Assembly: GCA_964016885.1 (NCBI GenBank)
Contig: OZ024755.1
Coordinates: forward strand, 36,394,001-36,458,000
Length of the DNA stretch: 64,000 nucleotides
Direction of reading: 5' to 3'
From: Eledone cirrhosa
Lineage: Eukaryota
The notes under the pieces were generated by a model, which had not been told where the DNA came from, did no database searches, and worked only from the letters and a program-made list of their open reading frames with translations. Below are positions 21,961 through 36,251 of the stretch, piece by piece (the first letter of the stretch is position 1; each line of letters begins with the position of its first letter). Made by a program: the position numbers and the translations under genes.

Positions 21961-23389
21961 CCACTTATGATATTCCTCTCTGAAACACAAATCCCACATC
22001 TATCTCTAATCCATATCTGCTGTCATGGCTACACAGCCTTCTAACATCCCTCTAAAGGGGTTGTGTGTATTTTTATGTAGAATCCACTCAACCCACCACT
22101 CTCATCTTCTAACCTATACATCAGCAACAAAGGATAGAGCTAACTCCAACTTAACACTTTTATGATAATGTTTCTATTGAAATACACTTTTATTTCAATC
22201 AATTTTGAGGGATTTTCTAAAATTATTAGTTATTTAATTATGAAGATAGTAACTTAACATAGTTCTTACATAAAATTGTGTTGGGAGATTTTAATTTGAA
22301 TTGGAACCCTTTAAAAAGGATGTTTCTTTTATGTTTTTGTTTTTTGTTGTTTTATATTCATAGAACTGTCCATGGTACTGCAGGTCCATTCAAGGTCTCA
22401 GGGTGGAACACACAACAGTCTCCTCGGTGTAATATTCACAACAGGCTGCTAACTGTAGAAGTAGGCTCCACAAGTGTATCATCCTGCACAATCCTAGATG
22501 TATTACTAAGATATTTTGTAAAATGTCTACTAAAGGCTGCTTCATATGCACACCAATCCAGCGCATCTCCCTTACCATCCCCCAGGGAAACGCCTTCCCC
22601 ATTCTGTCCGCCGGGGCTGTGGGACGGCCAGCAGGTGGGACCCCATTTGCTCACTATACAGGGAGATGGGAGGGCGAGAGAGATGGGGACGATAACGGTG
22701 GGAGTTCAGCTCTTCCGTGTTCGGACACATTGCACCCATCAAGAGTGTATTTTCATATTTACACATCTTCCTGTTCATTATCATATATATATTTTTTTTC
22801 TTAATTATCTAGGGTGTTTTCATTTGCCACTCAAATGTTTAGCTAAGAGCTCACACAAAACAATTCAGTTTGTAGATTTATAAGAAGTTTGGTTCAAGTC
22901 CTGATATAGTAACCAGGCAAAAGACACACATGAAAATATTACCTTTGGAAACATTATTGCATACAAAACTAACTGACTGACTGATATTCTCAGAGAATCA
23001 CTCACCAACATACATATTAATAAGATTCATTTGGTTGGAATCAGTTAACCAAACATGGGTATTGTTAACAGCATTACAATTCCCATCAAATATTTCTATA
23101 GGCAGCATAAATGAAGTGGTTGAACAGAATTTAATATGAATAGATCAAAAGACATCCTATACAAGTTGTCCATCAAGAAAATCGTTCCTGAATAACAATT
23201 GGGAAGAATCCAAGGAAGGTTTAACACTGAATCCATCAAATTCATTTGAAGTTAGGGTCAGAAATGTAAATTGCTCCCTTTGGAACCTTGAAGTAAAGGA
23301 AGACTTCTTAAACTAAATGAAGGGCGATATTTCATATATGTGTGTGTGTGTGTGTGTGCCTGTGTGTCTGTGTGTGTGTGTGTAAATTT

Positions 23390-23575
23390 CTCAATGTTGT
23401 GTGTGTGAATATTCCAGATGTGTGTAAGTGCATGTGTAAATGTCTCAATGTTGTGTGTGTGAATATTCCAGATGTGTGTAAGTGCATGTGTAAATGTCTC
23501 AATGTTGTGTGTGTGAATATTCCAGATGTGTGTAGTGTAAATGCAATGTGTAAATGCCTCAATGTTGTGTGTGTG
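23390..23575. repeat. 54-bp tandem repeat, about 3.5 units
   Basis: ctcaatgttgtgtgtgtgaatattccagatg at 23390, 23444, 23498. Confidence 0.88.
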
Positions 23576-23684
23576 AGTATGTGGTCTGTGTAAGTTAGAG
23601 TGAATGGCAACCGCACAATTTATACAACACACAAATGCACAATTTTACATGCACAGCACATGTACAGCGCAGAAATGTACAACA

Positions 23685-24175
23685 AGTACACCATAGCAAC
23701 ACTACATGTACACCATAGCAATACATGTGCACCATAGTAACGCAACATGTGTACCATAGCAACACATGTACATAGCAACACATGTACACCATAGCAACAT
23801 GCACACCATAGCAACACTACATGTACACCGTGGCAACACATGTGCACCATAGTAACACATGTGCACCATAGCAACACAACATGTACACCATAGCAACACA
23901 TGTGCACCATAGTAACACATGTGTACCATAGCAACACATGTACATAGCAACACATGTACATAGCAACACATGTACACCATAGCAACATGCACACCATAGC
24001 AACACAACATGTGCACCATAGAAACACATGTACACCATAGCAACACGTGTACACCATAGCAACACAACATGTGCACCATAGCAACACATGTGCACCATAG
24101 CAACACAACATGTGCACCATAGCAACACATGTACACCATAGCAACACATGTACACCATAGCAACACATGTGCAGT
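23685..24175. repeat. ~19-24-bp minisatellite (catagcaacacatgtacac)
   Basis: Direct reading. Confidence 0.92.
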
Positions 24176-24179
24176 ACAA

Positions 24180-24231
24180 AAATAACAATGATAATGAAAT
24201 GATTGTGTACAGTGCTCAGGTGCACTACAAT
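24180..24231 (-). mobile_element. Tiny CR1 3'-end remnant
   Basis: Reverse complement ttgtagtgcacctgagcactgtacacaat..ttcatta matches 4194-4235. Confidence 0.75.
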
Positions 24232-24399
24232 GTACAACACAACAATGTACACACACCTCTATATGGTAACTTAATCTGCTAGAAATAACTACAAAATCCT
24301 CCTCAAATCACACCCTACTGTCTTGAAAAAGAAGAAGACTCATTGAATAATATATTCATAGATAATTCTGAAAAGACGGGATGCCCTGGCTAAAATGTT

Positions 24400-25160
24400 T
24401 TTGACCATAATCCTGTCCAATTTTGACCATAGTCCTGTTTGGTTTTGACCATAGTCCTGTTCAATTTTGACCATAATCCTGTTTAGTTTTGACCATAATC
24501 CTGTTTAGTTTTGACCATCGCCTGTTCAATTTTGACCATAGTCCTGTTCAATTTTGACCATCAACCTGTTCAGTTTTGACCATAGTCCTGTTCAATTTTG
24601 ACCATAGTCCTGTTCAATTTTGACCATAGTTCTGTTCAATTTTGACCATAGTTCTGTTCAATTTTGACCATAATCCTGTTTAGTTTTGACCATAATCCTG
24701 TTTAGTTTTGACCATCGCCTGTTCAATTTTGACCATAGTCCTGTTCAATTTTGACCATCAACCTGTTCAGTTTTGACCATAGTCCTGTTTAGTTTTGACC
24801 ATCGCCTATTCAATTTTGACCATAGTCCTGTTCAATTTTGACCATAGTTCTGTTCAATTTTGACCATAATCCTGTTTAGTTTTGACCATAATCCTGTTTA
24901 GTTTTGACCATCGCCTGTTCAATTTTGACCATAGTCCTGTTCAATTTTGACCATCAACCTGTTCAGTTTTGACCATAGTCCTGTTTAGTTTTGACCATCG
25001 CCTATTCAATTTTGACCATAGTCCTGTTCAATTTTGACCGTCAACCTGTTGAATTTTGACCATAATCTAGTTCAATTTTGACTGTCAACCTGTTGAATTT
25101 TTACCATAGTCCTGTTCAATTTTGACTGTCAACCTGTTCAATTTTGATCATAATCCTATT
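24400..25160. repeat. 21/22-bp minisatellite (ttttgaccatagtcctgttcaa)
   Basis: Direct reading; variant blocks recur. Confidence 0.95.
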
Positions 25161-25244
25161 CAATCACAGCTGGTCTCAGATTAACCCATTTAATAATAAA
25201 CTACCAGAAACCACTTGTGGCCCTGATACGAAACTGTCTCTTAA

Positions 25245-27576
25245 CCCTTTAGCATTTAAATCGGCCATATCTTTCTGTCCAAACCAGTCGTAACCAGCCA
25301 CTTGCACTGATGTTAAGGTATTGTTCTCAAAATAAATAATATCAAAATCTCATAGATTCAATATTATGTGAGGTAAAGCCTTTACTGTGAAAATACAATA
25401 GTATATATAGAGTAATGTAAATGTTATGTGAGATATGTGAGGTAAAGCCTTTACTGTGAAAATGCAATAGTATATATAGAGTAATGTAAATGTTATGTGA
25501 GATATTATGTGAGGTAAAGCCTTTACTGTGACAATACAATAGTATATATAGAGTAATGTAAATGTTATGTGAGGTATTATGTGAGGTAAAGCCTTTACTG
25601 TGAAAATACAATAGTATATATTGAGTAATGTAAATGTTATGCGAGATATTATGTGAGGTAAAGCCTTTACTGTGAAAATACAATAGTATATATAGAGTAA
25701 TGTAAATGTTATGTGAGATATTATGTGAGGTAAAGCCTTTACTGTGAAAATGCAATAGTATATATTGAGTAATGTAAATGTTATGTGAGATATTATGTGA
25801 GGTAAAGCCTTTACTGTGAAAATGCAATAGTATATATAGAGTAATGTAAATGTTATGTGAGATATTATGTGAGGTAAAGCCTTTACTGTGACAATACAAT
25901 AGTATATATAGAGTAATGTAAATGTTATGTGAGATATTATGTGAGGTAAAGCCTTTACTGTGAAAATACAATAGTATATATAGAGTAATGTAAATGTTAT
26001 GTGAGATATTATGTGAGGTAAAGTCTTTACTGTGACAATACAATAGTATATATAGAGTAATGTAAATGTTATGTGAGATATTATGTGAGGTAAAGCCTTT
26101 ACTGTGAAAATACAATAGTATATATAGAGTAATGTAAATGTTATGTGAGATATTATGTGAGGTAAAGCCTTTACTGTGAAAATACAATAGTATATATAGA
26201 GTAATGTAAATGTTATGTGAGATATTATGTGAGGTAAAGCCTTTACTGTGAAAATACAATAGTATATATAGAGTAATGTAAATGTTATGTGAGATATGTG
26301 AGGTAAAGTCTTTACTGTGACAATACAATAGTATATATAGAGTAATGTAAATGTTATGTGAGATATTATGTGAGGTAAAGCCTTTACTGTGAAAATACAA
26401 TAGTATATATAGAGTAATGTAAATGTTATGTGAGATATTATGTGAGGTAAAGCCTTTACTGTGAAAATACAATAGTATATATAGAGTAATGTAAATGTTA
26501 TGTGAGATATTATGTGAGGTAAAGCCTTTACTGTGAAAATATAATAGTATATATAGAGTAATGTAAATGTTATGTGAGATATTATGTGAGGTAAAGCCTT
26601 TACTGTGAAAATACAATAGTATATATAGAGTAATGTAAATGTTATGTGAGATATTATGTGAGGTAAAGCCTTTACTGTGAAAATACAATAGTATATATAG
26701 AGTAATGTAAATGTTATGGGAGATATTATGTGAGGTAAAGCCTTTACTGTGAAAATACAATAGTATATATAGAGTAATGTAAATGTTATGTGAGATATTA
26801 TGTGAGGTAAAGCCTTTACTGTGAAAATATAATAGTATATATAGAGTAATGTAAATGTTATGTGAGATATTATGTGAGGTAAAGCCTTTACTGTGAAAAT
26901 ACAATAGTATATATAGAGTAATGTAAATGTTATGTGAGATATTATGTGAGGTAAAGCCTTTACTGTGAAAATACAATAGTATATATAGAGTAATGTAAAT
27001 GTTATGTGAGATATGTGAGGTAAAGCCTTTACTGTGAAAATGCAATAGTATATATAGAGTAATGTAAATGTTATGTGAGATATGTGAGGTAAAGCCTTTA
27101 CTGAGAAAATGCAATAGTATATATTGAGTAATGTAAATGTTATGTGAGATATTATATGAGGTAAAGTCTTTACTGTGACAATACAATAGTATATATAGAG
27201 TAATGTAAATGTTATGTGAGATATGTGAGGTAAAGCCTTTACTGTGGAAATACAGTAGTATATATAGAGTAATGTAAATGTTATGTGAGATATTATGTGA
27301 GGTAAAGCCTTTACTGTGAAAATACAATAGTATATATAAAGTAATGTAAATGTTATGTGAGATATTATGTGAGGTAAAGCCTTTACTGTGAAAATACAAT
27401 AGTATATATAGAGTAATGTAAATGTTATGTGAGATATTATGTGAGGTAAAGCCTTTACTGTGAAAATACAATAGTATATATAGAGTAATGTAAATGTTAT
27501 GTGAGATATTATGTGAGGTAAAGCCTTTACTGTGAAAATACAATAGTATATATAAAGTAATGTAAATGGTAAAGGG
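25245..27576 (+). mobile_element. piggyBac-like MITE inflated by about 30 tandem 72-bp (69-bp variant) units
   Basis: TTAA|CCCTTTAGCATTTA at left and TAAATGGTAAAGGG|TTCA at right; the unit is the MITE 3' module. Confidence 0.9.
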
Positions 27577-27679
27577 TTCAAGGGTTCATATTTATCTAAA
27601 AAGCTTCCAGCATGTATGTAAGAACCTTAAATAAGTTATGTTTAAACATCAACTTAATAATGAGGTTAGTTATATTACC

Positions 27680-28346
27680 ATACCACAGAACACACACAGC
27701 ACACCACACACACACCCCACATACCATACATACCACAGAACACACACAACCCTCACACACACACAGCACACCACACACACACACCCCACATACCATACAT
27801 ACCACAGAACACACACACCCCACATACCATACATACCACAGAACACACACAGCCCTCACACACACACAGCACACCACACACACACCCCACATACCATACA
27901 TACCACAGAACACACACAGCCCTCGCACACACACAGCACACCACACACACACACACCCCACATACCATACATACCACAGAACACACACACACACACCACA
28001 CAGCACACCACACACACCCCACATGCCATACATACCACAGAACACACACACAGACAGAACACACACACACTGCACACCACAAACACACCGCACACACACA
28101 GCACACCACACACACAGCACCACACACACACGACACACACCATACATACCACAGAACACACACAGCACTCGCACACACACACACAGCACACCACACACAC
28201 ACAACACACACCCCACATACCATACATACCACAGAACACACACAGCCCTCCCACACACACACACACCACATGCCATACATACCACAGAACACACACACAC
28301 ACCACACACACACACACACTGCACACACACACACTTCACGCCTTGC

Positions 28347-28377
<31 letters not shown>

Positions 28378-28535
28378 CATACATATCACACACACACACA
28401 CAATACACACACACACAGCACATCACATCACACACACCCCTGTACATCACACACACACACCTCACACCGTACATAGCATACACAACACAGAGCACATCAC
28501 ACACAGACAGAACACACACCACCACACACCATACT
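27680..28535. repeat. CA-rich minisatellite (cataccatacataccacagaacacacac)
   Basis: Direct reading. Confidence 0.9.
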
Positions 28536-29990
28536 CCATTGACAATAGAGTTATAAAGATAGGGTCATACACACAGCACATGACACACACAGAACACACA
28601 TATACACACACCATTGACAAAAGAGAGCTCTAAACACAGTGTCATACACACAGCACATGACACACACAGAACACAGGCACATATACACACAGACACACAC
28701 CATTGACAAAAGAGAGCTCTAAACACAGTGTCATACACACAGCACATGACACACACATACCACACATACCACACACAATACACAGGCACATACACACAGA
28801 CACACACCATTGACAAAAGAGAGTTCTAAAGATAGGGTCATACACACAGCACATGACACACACATACCACACATACCACACACAATACACAGGCACACAG
28901 ACACACACCATTGACAAAAGAGAGCTCTAAAGATAGGGTCATACACACAGCACATGACACACACATACCACACATACCACACACAATACACAGGCACATA
29001 CACACAGACACACACCATTGACAAAAGAGAGCTCTAAAGATAGGGTCATACACACAGCACATGACACACACATACCACACACAATACACAGGCACACAGA
29101 CACACACCATTGACAAAAGAGAGCTCTAAAGATAGGGTCATACACACAGCACATGACACACAAATACTACACATACCACACACAATACACAGACACACAG
29201 ACACACACCATTGACAAAAGAGAGCTCTAAACACACAGGGTCATACACACAGCACATGACACACACATACCACACATACCACACACAATACACAGGCACA
29301 CAGACACACACCATTGACAAAAGAGAGCTCTAAAGATAGGGTCATACACACATCACATGACACACAAATACTACACATACCACACACAATACACAGGCAC
29401 ACAGACACACAGACACATACCATTGACAAAAGAGAGCTCTAAACACACAGGGTCATACACACAGCACATGACACACACATACCACACATACCACACACAA
29501 TACACAGGCACACAGACACACACCATTGACAAAAGAGAGCTCTAAAGATAGGGTCATACACACATCACATGACACACAAATACTACACATACCACACACA
29601 ATACACAGACACACAGACACACACCATTGACAAAAGAGAGCTCTAAACACACAGGGTCATACACACAGCACATGACACACACATCACATGACACACAAAT
29701 ACTACACATACCACACACAATACACAGGCACACAGACACACAGACACATACCATTGACAAAAGAGAGCTCTAAACACACAGGGTCATACACACAGCACAT
29801 GACACACACATACCACACATACCACACACAATACACAGGCACACAGACACATACCATTGACAAAAGAGAGCTCTAAACACACAGGGTCATACACACAGCA
29901 CATGACACACACATACCACACATACCACACAGGCACACAGACACACACCATTGACAAAAGAGAGCTCTCAACACATAGGGTCATACACAG
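28536..29990. repeat. ~90-125-bp CA-rich satellite anchored on ccattgacaaaagagagctctaaa..ggtcatacacacagcacatgac
   Basis: About 15 units, direct reading. Confidence 0.92.
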
Positions 29991-30150
29991 ATATACAGTG
30001 AAAGTCAGATGTACAATTATAGGAAGGTTAAGTTTGAGAAAACTAACGAAACACAAGTAAAATGTAGATTTGTGTTGTAAGTACAGCAATTGTCTGCAGG
30101 GAATATTACAAATAGAGACACATTCAAGAGAGGACACTGAATATCTTTCA

Positions 30151-30537
30151 TGGTGGTGGATTGGCAGTATCGGTAGAGGGTCGGACACCATGCTTTGACA
30201 CATAGAGTTACGGCCCTTGCCATTCTGAGTTCAAATCCCGCCGAGATTAACTTTGCCTTTCATCCTTAAGGGGTCGATAAAATTAAAAAAAGTACCAGTA
30301 ATTCACTGGGATAATTGCTGGCCTTGTGCCAAAATTACAAACAATTATTTTACACCAAGGGCAGTGGATTGGCAGTATCGCCATGCTTTCTAGCATAGAG
30401 TTACGTCCCTTTACGGATTGTGTTCAAATCCCGTCGAGGTTAACTTTGCCTTTCATCCTTACGGAGTCGATAAAATAAAGTACCGGTAATGTACTGGGTA
30501 TTTGCTGGCCTTGTGCCAAAAGTAGAAACAATTATTT
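30151..30537 (+). mobile_element. SINE dimer
   Basis: Two units; ttattttacacca follows each. Confidence 0.88.
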
Positions 30538-30684
30538 TACACCATATTTATACTTTATAAGACCAGTCAATATGTAGGAGAAAATAAAAAAGACCTTTCC
30601 TTTCATACACTGTACACTGAAATATAGGAATTTAGAAATGTGTGTGTGTGTGTATGTGGAGAGAGAGAGAGAGAGAGAGAGAGA

Positions 30685-30935
30685 GTCATCATTTTACGTC
30701 CGCTTTTCCCTGCTTGCAAGGGTGGGACGGGTCCTATTCAGCACAGCATCTCTCCACTTGTCACAGTCCTTCGTCATCTCCTCCGTGAGCTTCAGTCATC
30801 TGCGGTCAGTACTCACCACCTCCGGCCATTATTTTCGTGGTCTTCCACTACTGCATCTTCCTTCCACTGAGATTTCTTGGCACTTCTTTACCCAGCGGTC
30901 ATCCTTCATGCGCATCACATGTCTATACCAACGCA
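30685..30935 (-). mobile_element. RTE 3' fragment (second RTE subfamily)
   Basis: LRWYRHVMRMKDDRWVKKC..GRPRK..KWRDAV; tail ggacgtaaaatgatga. Confidence 0.82.
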
Positions 30936-31208
30936 AGGTATTGTTCTCAAAATAAATAATACCAAAATCTCATAGATTCAATATTACATGAGATAATTAT
31001 GTGAGGTAAAGCCTTTACCATGAAATTATAATAGTATATATAGAGTAATTGTTTCTACATTTTGGCACAAGGCCAGCAATTACCCAGTATTACTGGTACT
31101 TTATTTTATCGACCCCATAAAATAAAGTACCAGTAATACTGGGTAATTGCTGGCCTTGTGCCAAAAGTAGAAACAATTACTCTATAGAGTAATGTAAATG
31201 GGAAGGGG
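30936..31208 (+). mobile_element. piggyBac-like MITE 3' half containing a fold-back SINE end
   Basis: aaggtattgttctcaaaataaataat...taaatgggaagggg|TTAA; hairpin at 31039-31186. Confidence 0.75.
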
Positions 31209-31219
31209 TTAATGAATGT

Positions 31220-31515
31220 AGATGTTTCTTTCTAGAGAATCACTTTTGTTCTTGTAGCAATTGATGATATTGCTGTAGAGCAGTCATAGAGGATAAACCT
31301 GTCTTGTTTTACCTGGTTATGTGAATGATGAGTATATCCTCTTCAGATATTTTTAGCATTCCAGCAACTATCCCCAAAGATCCAGCTGTTTTTCTTGCCT
31401 TCATATCTCTAATAGCCTTTTTGGCCATGCAGCTGTCAATGTTAAAATCTGGTCCCTCTTTGAGATCTTCTTGGGGTAGTCTCTCAATCCCTTCTCTTTC
31501 GCCCACATTCTCTTC
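31220..31515 (-). pseudogene. Decayed RTE RT N-terminal fragment
   Basis: NEEN..EGP..KKAIRDMKARKTAGSLGIVAGMLKIS aligns by eye to the 50024-51172 protein. Confidence 0.75.
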
Positions 31516-31517
31516 AT

Positions 31518-32822
31518 TCACGGTAAAAGGCTCCCAGTTCACACTGTAAAGTGGTCGTGTAGGTGACACAACAAAACACACCCAGTCCACACTGTAAAAT
31601 GGTCGTGTAGGAGACACGGTAAAAAGGCTCCCAGTCCACACTGTAAAGTGGTCGTGTAGGAGACACAGTAAAAAGGCTCCCAGTCCACACTGTAAAATGG
31701 TCGTGTAGGAGACACGGTAAAAAGGCTCCCAGTCCACACTGTAAAGTGGTCGTGTAGGAGACACGGTAAAAAGGCTCCCAGTCCACACTGTAAAGTGGTC
31801 GTGTAGGAGACACGGTAAAAAGGCTCCCAGTCCACACTGTAAAATGGTCGTGTAGGAGACACGGTAAAAAGGCTCCCAGTCCACACTGTAAAGTGGTCGT
31901 GTAGGAGACACGGTAAAAAGGCTCCCAGTCCACACTGTAAAGTGGTCGTGTAGGAGACACGGTAAAAAAGCTCCCAGTCCACACTGTAAAGTGGTCATGT
32001 AGGAGACACGGTAAAAAGGCTCCCAGTCCACACTGTAAAGTGGTTGTGTAGGAGACACGGTAAAAAGGCTCCCAGTCCACACTGTAAAGTGGTCGTGTAG
32101 GAGACACGGTAAAAAGGCTCCCAGTCCACACTGTAAAGTGGTCGTGTAGGAGACACGGTAAAAAGGCTCCCAGTCCATACTATAAAGTGGTCGTGTAGGA
32201 GACACGGTAAAAAGGCTCCCAGTCCACAACGTAAAAGTGGTCATGTAGGAGACACGGTAAAAAGGCTCCCAGTCCACACTGTAAAAGTGGTCGTGTAGGA
32301 GACATGGTAAAAAGGCTCCCAGTCCACACTGTAAAGTGCTCATGTAGGAGACACGATAAAAAGGCTCCCAGTCCACACTGTAAAAGTGGTCATGTAGGAG
32401 ACACAGTAAAACGGCTCTTAGTCCACACTGTAAAAGTGGTCGTGTAGGAGACAGTAAAAAGGCTCCCAGTCCACACTGTAAAAGTGGTCATGTAGGAGAC
32501 AGTAAAAAGGCACCCAGTCCACACTGTAAAAGTGGTCGTGTAGGAGACAGTAAAAAGGCACCCAGTCCACACTGTAAAAGTGGTCGTGTAGGAGACAGTA
32601 AAAAAGGCACCCAGTCCACACTGTAAAAGTGGTCGTGTAGGAGACACAGTAAAAAGGCTCTCAGTCCACAATGTAAAAGTGGTTGCTGTTAGGAAGGACA
32701 TCCAGCCGTAAAAAACCTGCCAGAGACAGTTCCGTAGGAGCAAGACATGGTCCCTCGACCAATCCGCATCAAATGGAACAATACTGTCTAACCCATGCTA
32801 GCATGGACGATGATGATGATGA
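31518..32822 (+). repeat. 49-bp minisatellite (~24 units) running into an RTE/SINE 3' tail
   Basis: ccagtccacactgtaaagtggtcgtgtaggagacacggtaaaaaggctc; unit resembles RTE 3' UTR 52578-52680; tail 32680-32822 ends (GAT)n. Confidence 0.92.
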
Positions 32823-34159
32823 CCCCAAGTATCAGTGTGTGTGTGTAGCAGATTGTGTCCTTGAGCAAGACACTTTGTTTCATGTTGTTCCAGTCCACTC
32901 AGCTGGCAAAAGTGGGTTGTACCTATAATTTGAAGGACCAGCCTTGTCGTATTCTGTGTTACGCTGAATCTCCTTAAGAACTACGTTAAGTGTGTGTGTG
33001 TGTGTGTGCATGTCTGTAGAATGCTCAGCCACTTGCACATTAATTTCACAAGAATGCTGTCCATTGATCATATCATATGTGTGTACACATGTAAAAATGT
33101 ATGTGTGTACATACACATAGGTGTATAAGACAATGTATAAGCCCTTTCCACTTGCATTCATGAATTAATCAGATGTATTGATGAGTTCAAACAATATTGT
33201 TGTATAAAAATAGCATGTTATAAAAACTCTGACTCCTTGAAATACTGAAGTATTAAATTTGTGGAATTACAATTCCTGTTGACAGGCTAACAAAGTACTT
33301 GACTTTATGATGAAGGTAAAACAGAAATTCAGAAAATAATATTTGAAAATAAACAAAAAAAATGATAATAAATAAACTATCTTTTAAATGTACATTTTAT
33401 GAAAAAAAAAAAAAAACTAAACTAAAATATTTGAAACAGATTTATCCAAAGTTCAGTAAAAATGGGATAAAAAATGAAAATATAAATATTCAAAAAAAAA
33501 GGGGGGAGGGGGCTCAAAGATATCAATTGTTTCGGCTTCAAAGATGGAAATGTTGAGTTTTTGAAATAATGACAAATAGTAAATTTGAATGACTCTTGTA
33601 ATGTTAATGTTGCAATTTGGAACCAAAACCAATTTAACTAAAAGTTGAAAACTATGAATATACCCAAAATAAAATTAATTAAAAAGTTTACTTCCAACTT
33701 TTGATAAAGTTTTTAGTTTAAATTTAACAAAAAAATATCAAGAACTATAACAAGTACATGTAAACACACACAAAATATAATTAAATTTGTTTTACACAAT
33801 GAATGAAACATAAAACAAAAGATTAAAAGTCAAAAAATTGTTTTACAAACTTATTTTGTTTCAATCCTCAGAACTACAACTAACATAAATGATAAAGGAA
33901 TAATAGTACCAATTTTTTTCAGTACATATCATAACAATACCAAGCAACGCTATACCAAAGTTTTAAAAACTGGTTCTTTGAATAATTGGGTCTGTTATTT
34001 AGTGTTATAACATGTACCAATATACCCAGCCACAAGTCATGAGTTCATATCTCCTGCCAGAAGAATTTCTCTCTTCTCAGCAAGATAAGTGGTTCAATTT
34101 ACTTATCTTTTGGAAATGTTTAACAGATCTTTCAGAAAACTGTTACTTGATGGTTTCTG

Positions 34160-34360
34160 ATTTAGGCACAAGACAAGCAATTTTGAGGGGAGGGGAAATT
34201 CAATTAAATTGACCCCAGTGCATGACTGGTACTTTATTTTATCGACTCTGTAAGGATGAAAGGTAAAGAGAACCTCAGCGAGATTTTAACTCAGAACGTA
34301 AAAGGCCATAACTCTAAGCAGGGTGTTCAACGTTTACTGATACTGCCAATGCGCCGCCCC
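34160..34360 (-). mobile_element. Older SINE copy
   Basis: ctggtactttattttatcgac..aaggatgaaagg..aactcagaacgtaaa. Confidence 0.75.
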
Positions 34361-34597
34361 TCCGCAGACCTATAATCATAGGTATTCTAGCTATGACCAT
34401 CCCATTTTCTTTTTTCAGACAGTATATCTAGTTTAACTATATTATATAGTAAGCCTTTTCTCTTTTTCTCTAAGACAATAAAGTATAATGCAGATTTGAC
34501 TGCTATTTCTAGTTAGATAGCTGTCCCCTCTTAGGGAAAATGAATATCTGATCTAAATGACTCTAGTGCTTATCACCAATTTCACAAATATAGACTA

Positions 34598-34945
34598 TGG
34601 AGGCACATGGCTTAGTGGTTAGAGTATTGGCCTTGCAATCGAAAGGCCGTGAGTTCAATTCTCAGACCGGATGATGTGTTGTTTCCTTGAGCAAGAGACT
34701 TTATTTCACATTGCTCCAGTTTACTCAGCTGTAGAAATGAGATGATAGGGACTGGGGTCCATATCATTCCACTGCAAAGTGGTCGTGGAGGTGCCACAGC
34801 AAAAAAGCACCCAGCACTCACTGTAAATGAGGTTGGTGTTAGGAAGGGCATCCAGCTGTAGAAATCAAGCCAGAATCAGTTCCCGTCCCACCCTTGCAAG
34901 CAGGGAAAAGTGGACGTAAAATGAAATGATGATGATGATGATGAG
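34598..34945 (+). mobile_element. Second tRNA-headed SINE type followed by a chimeric RTE-derived tail
   Basis: TGGCTTAGTGGTTAG and GAGTTCAATTC boxes, tccttgagcaagagactttatttcac core, RTE tails ending (GAT)n. Confidence 0.7.
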
Positions 34946-35444
34946 AATAATCAATCCCAGTATGTGACTGGTACATTTTTATTGAACTCAGAAAAGATGA
35001 CAGACAACGTTGACCTTCAGAACACAGAGAGCCAGAATGAATAATGCAAAGAATTCTATCCGACATTCTCACAACTCTGTCAAGTCACCACCGCTTTATA
35101 AAAGAATCTTTTATGAAGCTACAAATAACATTTTCATGATATAACTGAAGTGGTTTTCTCCAAATTCTTCAACCATTAATTGAAATACAGTGTATTTCAT
35201 TAGAAATACGGGAAGTAAAGAGTTAAGACTATCATCATTTAGAGTCATTAGATATTCTGTTAGTCTAGATTATCATGTACTGTCTGAATTAACATAGGCT
35301 CACCATAAGGTCGGTTTAAAAACAAAACAATCTTTACAACCAGACTAGGCTTGTTTATATTCAAACATAACATTATCTCATCTTGAAAGTATAATTCATC
35401 TTAGTTTAGGTTTTGTTTAAACATAGATATATAAATATACACCA

Positions 35445-35479
<35 letters not shown>

Positions 35480-35487
35480 TACACCAG

Positions 35488-35519
<32 letters not shown>

Positions 35520-35528
35520 TATATATAT

Positions 35529-35576
<48 letters not shown>

Positions 35577-35596
35577 ACATATATATATATACATAC

Positions 35597-35642
<46 letters not shown>

Positions 35643-36251
35643 ACATATATATATATATATATAATAACACATATATATATATATATATACACATATGTAT
35701 ATATATACATATATATACACATAGCTGTAGAAATCAAGCCAGAATCAGTTCCCGTCCCACCCTTGCAAGCAAAGAAAAGCGGAGGTAAAGTGATATATAT
35801 TACATATATATATATATATTACACACACATATATATATTACACACACAAATATATATATTGATTTATTATCTTAAATCGAGACAGGCAAAATGTATTATT
35901 ATTATTAGTATATTTCAATCTAGCTAACTTGGTCATTTACAATACAAACATGAATATGTTGGTATTTGTGTTTATCAAATATATTCATTTATATTAACTT
36001 GTATTACACGGCTCAGAAATACTTCTTTCTTTGAGCTATTTCATTGTAAAAGACTGCCTGAGTTTTTTAACTCATTATTATTGATAGTATATATATATAT
36101 ATATATAAATAGTACACACACAAACATATATATATATTGTTATACTTTGGGAGGGGCATGTTGCCATATATATATATATATAACCTGTGCAAACATGGAA
36201 AATACAGAGTAAATTATGATGATGGTGATGATATATAATAAATTTATTTAC

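Noticed and set aside
25342-27581. 733- and 743-aa ORFs
   Set aside because: 72/69-bp MITE-derived satellite open in two frames because unit lengths are multiples of three.
34030-34080. GDMNS motif as the next kinase exon (GGD..S)
   Set aside because: No VMEY upstream and an immediate in-frame stop.
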